The notes below the pieces were generated by a model, which saw only the letters and a list, made by a program, of their open reading frames with translations, did no database searches and was not told the origin of the DNA. The position numbers and the translations under genes were made by a program. A stretch of DNA of 64,000 nt from assembly GCA_964361785.1 (NCBI GenBank), contig CAYIBX010000002.1, forward strand, positions 21,160 to 85,159, given 5' to 3'. This stretch comes from an uncultured Gammaproteobacteria bacterium (GTDB lineage Bacteria > Patescibacteriota > Microgenomatia > UBA10105 > UBA927). Numbering within the stretch: position 1 is the stretch's first letter; each line of letters begins with the position of its first letter. Of this stretch, positions 40,617-49,024 are shown one piece after another.

Positions 40617-40626
40617 ATCTGAAAAT

Positions 40627-40656
40627 CTATGAATACTTTGAAAGAAGTATTCATAG
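40627..40656. terminator. Perfect 11-bp-stem hairpin (CTATGAATACT-ttgaaaga-AGTATTCATAG) between the convergent giant gene and the toxin gene. Candidate bidirectional terminator
   Basis: The inverted repeat read directly in the sequence at 40627-40637 and 40646-40656. It lies 10 nt after the giant-gene stop and about 40 nt after the toxin stop on the other strand. On the minus-strand side it is followed by a T-rich tract (reverse complement of 40610-40626). Confidence 0.4.
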
Positions 40657-40696
40657 AGAACGCAGAAGACGATAGATGGATTTACTGGTTGAGCGA

Positions 40697-40957
40697 TTAA
40701 TACGCCTCATCATGTGAGCCGATGTCGAGAAGATAGCATGTGTCTTTATCTCGGTGAAATACTATCCGAATGGATTGATCGATAGAAATCGCATGTTCAT
40801 TTTCTCGATTGGATAGTTTGTGAAGACGAAGTTGTGGATGAAACGGAGATTCTTGTAGAAGTTCGAGTCTACGAGTGATAAGAGAATAATAATCAGGACG
40901 GCTTTTTATAAATTTACCAAGCGCGCGAATATATCTAGGTGTCGCAACAATTTTCAT
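40697..40957 (-). CDS. Type II toxin of the RelE/ParE/YafQ superfamily (mRNA interferase-like)
   Basis: An 86-aa protein. Its C-terminal half, LHKLSNRENEHAISIDQSIRIVFHRDKDTCYLLDIGSHDEAY, matches the RelE/YafQ pattern (H.L.g...r.c.I..d.rliy......l.L...G.H...Y). It sits 3 nt downstream of a small RHH gene, the classic antitoxin-toxin order. Confidence 0.65.
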   Translation of the reverse strand: MKIVATPRYIRALGKFIKSRPDYYSLITRRLELLQESPFHPQLRLHKLSNRENEHAISIDQSIRIVFHRDKDTCYLLDIGSHDEAY

Positions 40958-40960
40958 GTG

Positions 40961-41203
40961 TCATTTTGGTTTGAATTGAGCCATGAATGTATGAATATCT
41001 TTTTTTGTACGTAATACTGTTCCTCGTCCCGCTTTATAATCTGCTTTTGCCTCAGCTACCATGCGATCGAGTTTGTGATCACGAAGAATCTGACGTAATG
41101 CAGTACGAGCTAGATCGCTAAACGACGCATAGTGCCCATCTGCAATAGCTGCATCAGCTTCTTTTTTGAGAACGTCTGGAAGAGAAATGTTTATAGTAGT
41201 CAT
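40961..41203 (-). CDS. Ribbon-helix-helix (ParD/CopG-like) antitoxin. The probable start is the internal Met (MTTINISLPDVL...); the track ORF extends to 41221
   Basis: A beta-strand followed by a helix, INISLPDVLKKEADAAIADGHYASFSDLARTALRQIL, typical of RHH antitoxins. It is an 80-86 aa protein immediately upstream (3 nt gap) of the RelE-like toxin. Confidence 0.55.
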   Translation of the reverse strand: MTTINISLPDVLKKEADAAIADGHYASFSDLARTALRQILRDHKLDRMVAEAKADYKAGRGTVLRTKKDIHTFMAQFKPK

Positions 41204-43436
41204 ATGTATGAATAATAGCAAAAGTCATACAAAGTGTCAAAGAGACGAAAAGAAGAAGTTTTTTAAGCATCGAAGGCTCGTAGGAAAAAACGATCTCTTG
41301 TGTGCCGGCTGATTCTAACTTTACTGCAGTGTAGAAAGGGAAAACGATAAGCGTTTCCGCGGATTTCCCATCAATCGTTGCCTTCCAAGACGGGTGATAG
41401 GTCTGGTGGAGAATGACGAGGCACTCGGAACAGCCTTCTTTAGCCTCGACAGTGGCGCGGAAGACCATATCGCTATCTTGCGACTGGGAGGTTATTTTCA
41501 TTAGGTCACCTAAGTTACCTAGGGGGCTTAGGTAAAGAGGGGGCTCAGAAAAAAGATTGTGCCGAGTACCATCAGGAATTTGATACGTCACCTCGTCTAT
41601 CATTCGAAAATTTGGGAGTCCAGTGTTTTTGGGATAGTCTTTATCAAAAGTGAGTTTTGGGTATAAGCCTTTGGTATGTGTGTCTGATTGGATCCATAGG
41701 CGGACGACGTTGGTAAAATTTTGTTTGGAGCTGGAGATGATGGCTGGACGAATGCCTGTGGAGATATACCCATACGATAGGTTACCTATGTTGCCTAGGT
41801 GACTTGGGTCGCCTACATCAACAGTGTAAAGACGCCACGTTTTTCCGGTCATCAGAGGCTTCCAGAAGGGTTGGATGTTATCTTTGGGTAAATCGATAGG
41901 TGTCACGACATATTTTATATTGTAGAGGCGATAGTGGGCAGCTACATCTTCAGAAAAATACTGTTCGGTATCTGAATTTGGAGACCACGTTTCTGGAAGC
42001 CATGTAAGCGTCGGGATGCCAAAGGTAGACATATAAAGATACATTGGTGTTTCTGCTACGCGAAAATCTTTGCCCCACCCACCACCGCGACCAAAGTAAA
42101 CACGACTGGGATTAGTTTGTAGTTTATCGTTGATGGTTGAGAGTAAGAGAGAAGTATCGGCGTCAACGTTGGTAAAATTGTCGTTGGCTTGTTTGATAAG
42201 CGTATCGTTGTAGCTGCTGTATCGCAATGTTTGGGGGTAGACCGAAAAGATAAGAGATAAGACCAACAAGACACATAGGACTGATAAGACCAATTTGTTT
42301 AGTAATGTTGTTTTTTCAAAAATCCAATCAATTCCTATTGGGATTAAGAATAGCCCTGTGATATGGAGGCCCACGATAAAACGGGAAAGATGAAACTCTT
42401 CCATGCTGGGGATAAGGTTTACCAGTCCCCCCCATGTCGTACGGCCAAAGTAGAAAAGAAGCCAGAAGACAAACAAAATGCCAAATGCAAAATGCTGAAT
42501 GCTAAATAATGCAACAAATATGCCGACGAATACGAGAAGTGTTAGAATGGGGAAGCGGCTGAAATCAAATAGGTCGCCGTTAAAAAGATTTTTAAGCACT
42601 TCCCGATAGCCGTAGGAGTCAAATTTCCATATCGGATCCCAGACTGATATGTTGTGATAGTTGCTCCCAAGAAGAATAGGGATAATCCAGTATCCCAGAA
42701 GCAGTAAGACGCCGCCGTAAATAATAGGAAGTTTTTTTAGATGTTTGAATCCGACGATAGCAATACTAAAAAACGCTATGATTCCGATTCCCAGATGTCC
42801 TGTTGTCGTGAGGGCAAGGGTGAGTATTGCAGGCTTTATTTTTCCACGAAATGCATACGCTATTGCCAAAGGCAACCAAATCATAGCAAAAAGTTGACTC
42901 GAGAGGCCATATCCACGCCACAGAAATGATGCAGGATCTAATCCATATAACCCATCTGTGGAAAGATGGGACGCGATGAGCGCGCCGATACCTGCAGAAA
43001 TCCAAGAGAGTCCGATGATACGAAGTGCAACAAAAAGAGATAAAGGGAAAAGACAAAGCAAGAGATAGATCACGTAGTGATAATATTGAAAGAGCGATCC
43101 AAAGTGAAAAATGCGCCATGATGCGACTATGGTTATTTGGGGAAGGTGTGAGTAATAGTAGGGGAGGTTATAACCTTGTGCCCAGTTGGGGACCCAGTGG
43201 TCTGTTAAGTAAGAGAGTGAACAGAAAATAGTAAATAGTGAATGTGGACAGGTTTTGTTTGCAAAGTCCCATATTTGGTTTGTCCTATAAACGAGAGCGT
43301 ATTGAAACGTATTGTCATTTGGATCTAGTTTGGCTGTGGGCTCCTGTCGATATGTCCATAGGTTAAACCCAATGGCAAAAAGAACCATAATAATGCCAAT
43401 AAGTCTCATTAGTTTTATGTGTCCAATAGGTCTCAT
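41154..43436 (-). CDS. Large polytopic membrane protein with a C-terminal extracytoplasmic domain (GT-C-type / YfhO-like putative glycosyltransferase). Possible starts are 43496, 43436 or 43409
   Basis: Many hydrophobic helices in the N-terminal 420 aa are followed by a roughly 350 aa soluble domain. The N-terminus, MRPIGHIKLMRLIGII, is itself built from the 9-bp repeat family. Starting at 43436 leaves a 4 nt gap to the upstream gene stop at 43441. Confidence 0.45.
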   Translation of the reverse strand: MRPIGHIKLMRLIGIIMVLFAIGFNLWTYRQEPTAKLDPNDNTFQYALVYRTNQIWDFANKTCPHSLFTIFCSLSYLTDHWVPNWAQGYNLPYYYSHLPQITIVASWRIFHFGSLFQYYHYVIYLLLCLFPLSLFVALRIIGLSWISAGIGALIASHLSTDGLYGLDPASFLWRGYGLSSQLFAMIWLPLAIAYAFRGKIKPAILTLALTTTGHLGIGIIAFFSIAIVGFKHLKKLPIIYGGVLLLLGYWIIPILLGSNYHNISVWDPIWKFDSYGYREVLKNLFNGDLFDFSRFPILTLLVFVGIFVALFSIQHFAFGILFVFWLLFYFGRTTWGGLVNLIPSMEEFHLSRFIVGLHITGLFLIPIGIDWIFEKTTLLNKLVLSVLCVLLVLSLIFSVYPQTLRYSSYNDTLIKQANDNFTNVDADTSLLLSTINDKLQTNPSRVYFGRGGGWGKDFRVAETPMYLYMSTFGIPTLTWLPETWSPNSDTEQYFSEDVAAHYRLYNIKYVVTPIDLPKDNIQPFWKPLMTGKTWRLYTVDVGDPSHLGNIGNLSYGYISTGIRPAIISSSKQNFTNVVRLWIQSDTHTKGLYPKLTFDKDYPKNTGLPNFRMIDEVTYQIPDGTRHNLFSEPPLYLSPLGNLGDLMKITSQSQDSDMVFRATVEAKEGCSECLVILHQTYHPSWKATIDGKSAETLIVFPFYTAVKLESAGTQEIVFSYEPSMLKKLLLFVSLTLCMTFAIIHTYDYYKHFSSRRSQKRS
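41501..41537. repeat. In-frame 9-bp-periodic repeat copy (TTAGGTCACC TAAGTTACC TAGGGGGC TTAGGTAAAG) inside CDS 41154..43436
   Basis: Tandem degenerate 9-mers of the TAGGTNNCC / TAAGTNNCC type, read directly from the sequence. They encode ...SPLGNLGDLMK... on the minus strand. Confidence 0.5.
41777..41816. repeat. In-frame 9-bp-periodic repeat copy (ATAGGTTACC TATGTTGCC TAGGTGACT TGGGTCGCC TAC) inside CDS 41154..43436
   Basis: Four consecutive 9-mers matching TAGGTNNCC. They encode ...HLGNIGNLSYG.... Confidence 0.5.
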
Positions 43437-43440
43437 ATGA
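43395..43440. repeat. Repeat-derived sequence (CCAATAAGTCTCAT ... CCAATAGGTCTCATATG) that forms the N-terminal codons of CDS 41154..43436 (MRPIGHIKLMRLIGI)
   Basis: Two direct copies of CCAATARGTCTCAT. The ATAAGTCT / ATAGGTCT cores match the family seen elsewhere in the window. Confidence 0.4.
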
Positions 43441-45276
43441 TTATGGAAACAGTTTTGGATTGAGCCAATCCGTATGGTCATCAGTATTGCCGTCACCAGC
43501 GTCGGTCGTTTTCAGGGTAAGATTGGTTATCCCCGACACGTTGACACTCGTATGTTTCGGCAAATCAAACCGTCCCATTTTTTTTGACTGAAAAAGAAGT
43601 TTGTCATCCCCATAAATTTCAAAAATTGCCGATGCTTTGGTGCCTGATTCAGTGTCTATGCCGAAATCCGTTTCAAAGCGGGTAAAATTTTTGTTGATAT
43701 TGTATGTATATTTTGAAGGAGCATGCGAGCCCAAACCAGTGTTATAAAATGCATATTGTACGGATAATCGCGTCCAGCTATTTGGTCCTCCAAACGAGCT
43801 TTGGACCGTGCGATTAGTTTGTCTGGTGCCGTAGCTTTGTTCACTTACATACGGCGTGAGTGAGTTTAACGAAATAGGTTTTTTTGTGAATAACGGCAGG
43901 TTAAGAAAGATTAGCCCTCCTGTTATTATACTAACTGATAACAGTAAACAGTTAACCGTTAACCGTGAAGATTTGATGAGTGTGAAAAGAAAGACTCCAA
44001 AGAGCCCAAGAAGAACAAACGATGTGGTGATCGTGAAAATTGGCCCAGTAAGAAGGGACAGAAAGGGAATACCATTATTGGGATAGTTGACCACAAGCGC
44101 GGTATGTAGGTTGTAGAAATACAATACGGTAAATATTGAATAAAAGATAATAAAAAGTTTTTTATTGCGTATAAATGGTGCCCAAAGGAGGAGAAAGACA
44201 GAGAGCGGGAACGCGTAGCGGTCGTGGGATTGCGTTTGGAAAAGAAAAAAGCTCGCGTTTATGATGATGATGCCTTCAAGAAAGGTTTTTAATAGGACTA
44301 ATTTGTCTAATTTGACTGATAAGGCTAATTGGCGTATTACCGCGAATAAATAGAAACAAGAAAATAGTAGGAGCCCGACGGTTTTCGCATTCACCATACC
44401 GATGACGCTTAATTTATCTGAAGTCGCCATGCCTTTGGCCCCTGTGACGATCCACCAGAGGTTATACGCGTTTAAACTCATCCACGGGAAGTAATCGTAA
44501 TTTTCGGTAAGGGATGCAAAAATACGATCAGCATTTTTGGTAAGAATAAATTCGATGTTTAATCCGACAAAGCTTGTGAGAGCGCCGGCAATTGTTTGAA
44601 TTAAAAATTTGAAACCGCCATATTGGAACGCAAAAAGAAAAAAGAGGGGCGCATAAATCATGTTTTGCAGTTTCGTCATCATAGAAAGCATGAAGATGAG
44701 ACCTGCGACAAAGGACCAACGTTTCAGTAACGCAAGGAACGCGAGTAAGAAAATAAAAAGTCCCACACTATCCACCTGTCCCCATACAGCTCCATCGATG
44801 ATTGAAATGGGGTTTAGTAAATATCCAATACTCAATACCCAATATCCAATGGAGGGCACGGTGGGAAACCCTAGTTCTTTTGTATTCTTTCCTATATAGA
44901 GAATAATCCCTGCGATACCTATGTCAGCGAGTATGGGAAAGAGTTTGCTAATGGTAAGAAACAGAAGATTGGTATTTTTCCAGAAATCATTAAATATGTG
45001 GGGATCTTTAAAGAAGCTGTATAGTTTGACCATCGCTCCTAAGCTATACGCAAACGGCGTAGGGTAGTTATTATTCGTTGCCTTCATGCCCTCCACAATC
45101 CCTTTGTCGTATGTGGCTAGCCCCCATGATTTCCAAAACGAAATATCCGCTTCAAAGCCAGGGTTGGGGATGAGGGCTAAGCGAATGATTATCGCGAGAA
45201 CAAAGAGTAAACTGTAAATTGTTAACTGTTTCTTATCGCGCATGATTCTATCATACGAAATATGGTGCGCCTCCAC
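43441..45276 (-). CDS. GT-C fold membrane glycosyltransferase-like protein (PMT/ArnT-like) with a C-terminal NPCBM-like carbohydrate-binding domain
   Basis: A polytopic N-terminal region carries a first-loop acidic motif (PGFEADISFWKSWG). The C-terminal approximately 110 aa (FEIYGDDKLLFQ...VSGITNLTLKTTDAGDGNTDDHTDWLNPKLF) resembles NPCBM / F5-8-type lectin modules (D..DW.nP.L). Confidence 0.45.
   Translation of the reverse strand: MEAHHISYDRIMRDKKQLTIYSLLFVLAIIIRLALIPNPGFEADISFWKSWGLATYDKGIVEGMKATNNNYPTPFAYSLGAMVKLYSFFKDPHIFNDFWKNTNLLFLTISKLFPILADIGIAGIILYIGKNTKELGFPTVPSIGYWVLSIGYLLNPISIIDGAVWGQVDSVGLFIFLLAFLALLKRWSFVAGLIFMLSMMTKLQNMIYAPLFFLFAFQYGGFKFLIQTIAGALTSFVGLNIEFILTKNADRIFASLTENYDYFPWMSLNAYNLWWIVTGAKGMATSDKLSVIGMVNAKTVGLLLFSCFYLFAVIRQLALSVKLDKLVLLKTFLEGIIIINASFFLFQTQSHDRYAFPLSVFLLLWAPFIRNKKLFIIFYSIFTVLYFYNLHTALVVNYPNNGIPFLSLLTGPIFTITTSFVLLGLFGVFLFTLIKSSRLTVNCLLLSVSIITGGLIFLNLPLFTKKPISLNSLTPYVSEQSYGTRQTNRTVQSSFGGPNSWTRLSVQYAFYNTGLGSHAPSKYTYNINKNFTRFETDFGIDTESGTKASAIFEIYGDDKLLFQSKKMGRFDLPKHTSVNVSGITNLTLKTTDAGDGNTDDHTDWLNPKLFP
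44821..44850. repeat. Unrelated in-frame short direct repeat (ATATCCAATACTCAATACCCAATATCCAATGG) inside CDS 43441..45276, encoding SIGYWVLSIGYLLN
   Basis: Direct CCAATAYYCAATA repeats seen in the sequence. The peptide repeat SIGY(W/L)(V/L)L is visible in the translation. Confidence 0.4.
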
Positions 45277-45284
45277 TAGTGTCG

Positions 45285-46079
45285 TTATGCAGGTTTTTTG
45301 GCGTATGGTGATATGCCTAAATCACGCAATTGCTTTAAGTCATGTACTCGATTGACGAGCAAATTATCAATTCCTGATAATATATGAAACGTCGAATGTA
45401 ACTGTTCGTTTGTTGGTTCTCTTATGTATGGTGATCCATCTGGATTTTTGGCAGATTCTAGAAATGACGCAAGAATTTGATCTTCTATTTGATGATTTTT
45501 TTGGCTTTTTCCTTGCCCAAAGCGATAATTGTATTTAAGTATCGTAATAGTGAGGAGTTTATCAAGAGGAATACCCAGTGCACTGGCTATTTCTTCCATG
45601 TATTGGGTGTAGGCCAAAGGCGCTAATTTATCAAGTGAGGTGAGATTTGCCAAACAATAGATGACGTCACTTATCTCGTTTATAGGTCCAATTTTGGATG
45701 GTGCGGGCAGATTGCGCTCATGGTTATCAGCATAGGTTTCAAACCAGCTGCTGATTGAGCTAAATGCTTCCGGTATTTCTCCTAATTTGGGTGAGGGATC
45801 TTTGGGTTTGGTGATGTAGCGGGTGTGTATCGGAAGGCCGTCAAAGTCTACGGCTTTGGTCACATCTTTTAGCTTGCCGCCCGTCAGAAATTGGATTTTT
45901 CCTTCCGGTGCAATTTGGGGAAGCCCATGAATTTCTCGAAGATATTTGTGTTCTAACGATAACGCATGATTTGCGAGCCAATCGAGCTTATCTTCCTTGC
46001 TTATTGAGAGGACATCGAGGTTAAACCGAAGCTGTTCGTAGGGCACGTGTACAGGTGTAATTTCAGGCATACTCATCAA
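45285..46079 (-). CDS. Hypothetical soluble protein of 264 aa
   Basis: A long ORF packed inside a same-strand operon with 8 nt and 31 nt gaps. I recognise no motif. Confidence 0.5.
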   Translation of the reverse strand: MMSMPEITPVHVPYEQLRFNLDVLSISKEDKLDWLANHALSLEHKYLREIHGLPQIAPEGKIQFLTGGKLKDVTKAVDFDGLPIHTRYITKPKDPSPKLGEIPEAFSSISSWFETYADNHERNLPAPSKIGPINEISDVIYCLANLTSLDKLAPLAYTQYMEEIASALGIPLDKLLTITILKYNYRFGQGKSQKNHQIEDQILASFLESAKNPDGSPYIREPTNEQLHSTFHILSGIDNLLVNRVHDLKQLRDLGISPYAKKPA

Positions 46080-46110
46080 GTATAAAGTGTAACAGATTTA
46101 CTATAGGTTT

Positions 46111-47637
46111 TCAAGGATATAATTCTACTTTGTACACTATTAAATAGTCTGTTTCTTTGACTGGCTCAAGGTATGATATCTGTTTGAGATTCGTTTGCCA
46201 AGAGTAGGCGATGATGTAGCGGATAGTATTGTTGATCAAGAATTCCTTTTGTTGTGCACTCGTCATCGTTTGATCGAAATACGCTTGCGCGTTGACATCT
46301 TTTTCTGAAGGGTGGATGGTGAGAAGTGGGTGTCCATTATAGCTTCTTTGACCCGTAAGGGCAGGAATTATGCTGTTATACGGCCAGAGTACAAGAAACG
46401 TATCAGATGGATTGCCTATGGTTGTCAGTGATGTCAAAAATTTTACGTCATCTTTTGAGAGGTACTCGTACGCATTAGCTGGGTTGAACTCAGTGGCAAG
46501 GAGGAGAGTTTGCATGTGATTAGGAAGTAAAAGAGTGGTGAGAAAGAGAGTAAGTGCAAAAAATAGAATGCGAGGAAAGCGGCGTTGTATTGCGTACAAT
46601 CCTTCTGTGGCGATACATGAAATACAGAGAATAGTAAGGGTAGACATAAAGCGAATATTGGTGAGATGAAGCATTTGCGGAATTGGCGACATAAGAAAAG
46701 TTAGAGACAAGAGAGCGAAAATGAAAATAATGAGCCGTTCATACGTGCGTTTCGAAAGAAAGATGTACAGACTAAGGAGTGCGATGATAAAGATGGGCCC
46801 CATAGCAAGGAAAAAACCTGTGATCTGTAAAGGTACTTGCTGACTTGCTTCCCAAATTTTTAATTGAGAAAAAGGAAGTGTGGAAAATATTTTATTCAGG
46901 TAGATTGCCGCAGGAAGGCCGGAGAGCATGAGAATAAGAGTGGGAAAGATTGATCGACGTTTGATAAGAGAAACGATTCCACAAGAGGCTGTGACAAGAA
47001 GCCATAAAACAGGCTGCAGGCTTGCTAATAAGAATGCAGATAGCGCCATAAGCAGCCGTTTTTTTTGTAGGAGAAGTGAGAGTGTAAAGACTGAGAGAGT
47101 ATTGAGGAGTAATTGGTGTGGTACGCCGCCAAACCTTACACGAGGAACAGAAAAATTGTTCCAGTAGTCAGCGTACGTCCAGTGATTGTCGCGAAAGATT
47201 GGAAAGGCATGATAAAGGACAAAGAGAACAAGGGAGAGGAGTGCCTTGTGTTTGTCTTTCAAAATAAGGAGAGCTAATTTGTATGCGGAAAGACACAAAA
47301 GAAAGGTCCATATGGCGATGCTTATCTGATAGGCAGGAATGGCAGGTATACTTAAGAGCCAAAAAAGGTGGCCGGTGAGCACATTTGACCAACCCACAAA
47401 GGTGTCAGGCGTTATTTCTGACGTATAAAGGTTTGTCGTGGTAAGCCATCGAGTCGCACCCTGTGTAAATTGTGATAGGTAGTAGAAGTAGTCATTGGGG
47501 TGGTGCACAGTGCCTAAAAAGACTGCATTGGCAGGAGTTTGTTGAAAGCCCATGATACTTGGAAGTATATTTTCAAGGGTTGCCACAAGAGAGATGATGA
47601 TGACAAGAAAAAGGTGCATACAATCACATTGTCGCAC
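46111..47637 (-). CDS. Polytopic membrane protein, member of a three-paralog family in this window (with 49025..50662 and 56446..58056). Putative GT-C-type glycosyltransferase
   Basis: About 12 predicted hydrophobic helices. The three paralogs share an N-terminal motif H(H/Y)xxDYxFYLSxIxxGxxGxWxxxxxYTSE (here VHHPNDYFYYLSQFTQGATRWLTTTNLYTSE). The true start may be the internal Met at 47619. Confidence 0.5.
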   Translation of the reverse strand: MRQCDCMHLFLVIIISLVATLENILPSIMGFQQTPANAVFLGTVHHPNDYFYYLSQFTQGATRWLTTTNLYTSEITPDTFVGWSNVLTGHLFWLLSIPAIPAYQISIAIWTFLLCLSAYKLALLILKDKHKALLSLVLFVLYHAFPIFRDNHWTYADYWNNFSVPRVRFGGVPHQLLLNTLSVFTLSLLLQKKRLLMALSAFLLASLQPVLWLLVTASCGIVSLIKRRSIFPTLILMLSGLPAAIYLNKIFSTLPFSQLKIWEASQQVPLQITGFFLAMGPIFIIALLSLYIFLSKRTYERLIIFIFALLSLTFLMSPIPQMLHLTNIRFMSTLTILCISCIATEGLYAIQRRFPRILFFALTLFLTTLLLPNHMQTLLLATEFNPANAYEYLSKDDVKFLTSLTTIGNPSDTFLVLWPYNSIIPALTGQRSYNGHPLLTIHPSEKDVNAQAYFDQTMTSAQQKEFLINNTIRYIIAYSWQTNLKQISYLEPVKETDYLIVYKVELYP

Positions 47638-47680
47638 GTGAGTTTAGTCTTCACAATTATTTGAACGTATATCTGAATGG

Positions 47681-47724
47681 CTGCTACAAAATTTATACGC
47701 TATAGCGTAGAGATTTTGTAGCAG
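47681..47724. terminator. Nested hairpin. Outer 12-bp arms CTGCTACAAAAT / ATTTTGTAGCAG enclose an inner palindrome TACGCTATAGCGTA. It lies downstream (minus sense) of gene 47748..48419
   Basis: Both inverted repeats are read directly from the sequence. The element lies in the 110-bp intergenic gap between two minus-strand genes. No clear U-tract follows, so it could be a terminator, an RNA-processing site or a protein-binding site. Confidence 0.3.
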
Positions 47725-47747
47725 AAGATAGTGTCTTGAGTTCGAAA

Positions 47748-48419
47748 TTATTTCCAACTAACTGAATCAACGAGTTTATCAAATATACTCGGTTCAAAGA
47801 GTTTGCCACTGATCCAGATAATAAGATTACTATCCGTGGGCACTTCAAAAAAGACGTGGTCGTATGGAGTTTTTCCATTTTCATCAAGATACTTGGCTCG
47901 GTAGCCTTTTAGCCCCTGACTATTGGTAAAAGCTGTGACAGATGAAACGCCCGACCATCGGTAGTCTTTGTACCAGTTTTGGGCGTACTCCATGGGTTTT
48001 CCAATGTATTCTTTTTTGTTTATGGTCGTGAGATTTTCGACTCTGAAAAATAAATTTTCTTGCGGACTCGTATTGCCATAAAAGATTGTGACCCCATCAA
48101 ATGGATCATCGGTGAATACACCAAGGGAGAATGTTTTGGGATAAGAGAACGAGTAGGGAAATTGTTTGCCTTCATTGGTGGCCCACACGTCATCAGCGGG
48201 CACAGGGATAATGCGTGCTTCTAACCCTGAAAAGCGGATATCCGGCTTTCCTGCCGTAGGTGTAGGACCCAAGTATGTGCCGCCAGCCGGAAGGACAATG
48301 TTTCCTTGATTTTTCGTCGCATTTAAAAAAGAAAGAAAAACACCTGCGATAAGAATGACACTAATGATCAGGGCTGTTCCAATCGTTTTTGTATTCGGAG
48401 ATTCTTCCATATCATACAC
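47748..48419 (-). CDS. Hypothetical membrane-anchored protein (single N-terminal TM helix followed by a soluble domain)
   Basis: The hydrophobic segment IGTALIISVILIAGVFLSFL is followed by about 180 aa of mixed, aromatic-rich sequence. Its start abuts the stop of the upstream RmlC-like gene (48419/48420). Confidence 0.5.
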   Translation of the reverse strand: MYDMEESPNTKTIGTALIISVILIAGVFLSFLNATKNQGNIVLPAGGTYLGPTPTAGKPDIRFSGLEARIIPVPADDVWATNEGKQFPYSFSYPKTFSLGVFTDDPFDGVTIFYGNTSPQENLFFRVENLTTINKKEYIGKPMEYAQNWYKDYRWSGVSSVTAFTNSQGLKGYRAKYLDENGKTPYDHVFFEVPTDSNLIIWISGKLFEPSIFDKLVDSVSWK

Positions 48420-48980
48420 TTATTCTTTTGGTGCTTCCCAGAACTTTTTTCCTGCCGCGTCCCATGGTAATCGGTGCTCGTCAGGCTGAGCCTGATTAAA
48501 TTGATTGTTCACAAAGTAATACACATTTGCTTTTTTACCAGAGAAATTTGTTGCCCCATGCGCTACGCCGCGGGGGATATAAACAGCTATTGAATTGCCC
48601 CCGCCTAACGGAATTTTTTGAAGAACACCTTTTGTGAGAGAACCTTCGCGTACGTCCCAGAGACCCAACAGGAGATGTTCATCAGGAGGTACGTACCAGA
48701 TTTCGTCTTGTTTGTAATGAAGATGCCATGCTTTGACGGCTTTGTTGTATTGTTTACTTCTATTGATTTGGCGTACATGAAACCCTTTGATAAGTTCGGA
48801 TTCTCCCGATTCAGTTAATCGTAAGAGTTCAGAAAAGTCGCCATTCTCGCCGATGTAGTTGCGGATTTTTAACATTTGGACACCATTAATTGTCGGTTTT
48901 GGTGAATAATCCTGCTCGTATATGTTCTCTTTAAGATTTGTATCTATTGCATCGTTTGAGAGAATGCTCATGTAAAGCAT
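48420..48980 (-). CDS. rfbC: dTDP-4-dehydrorhamnose 3,5-epimerase-like cupin (RmlC/RfbC family)
   Basis: Catalytic-region motifs HLHYKQDEIWYV...LWDVREGSLTKG...IPRGVAHGATNF...YYFVNNQFN...DEHRLPWD match the RmlC pattern (His-dyad, IP.G.AHGF, Y..d..Y..e.E....dD). Confidence 0.65.
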   Translation of the reverse strand: MLYMSILSNDAIDTNLKENIYEQDYSPKPTINGVQMLKIRNYIGENGDFSELLRLTESGESELIKGFHVRQINRSKQYNKAVKAWHLHYKQDEIWYVPPDEHLLLGLWDVREGSLTKGVLQKIPLGGGNSIAVYIPRGVAHGATNFSGKKANVYYFVNNQFNQAQPDEHRLPWDAAGKKFWEAPKE

Positions 48981-49024
48981 TATCCCAATTGCGCACCTTT
49001 AAAGTCAACTCCCATACAGATAGA

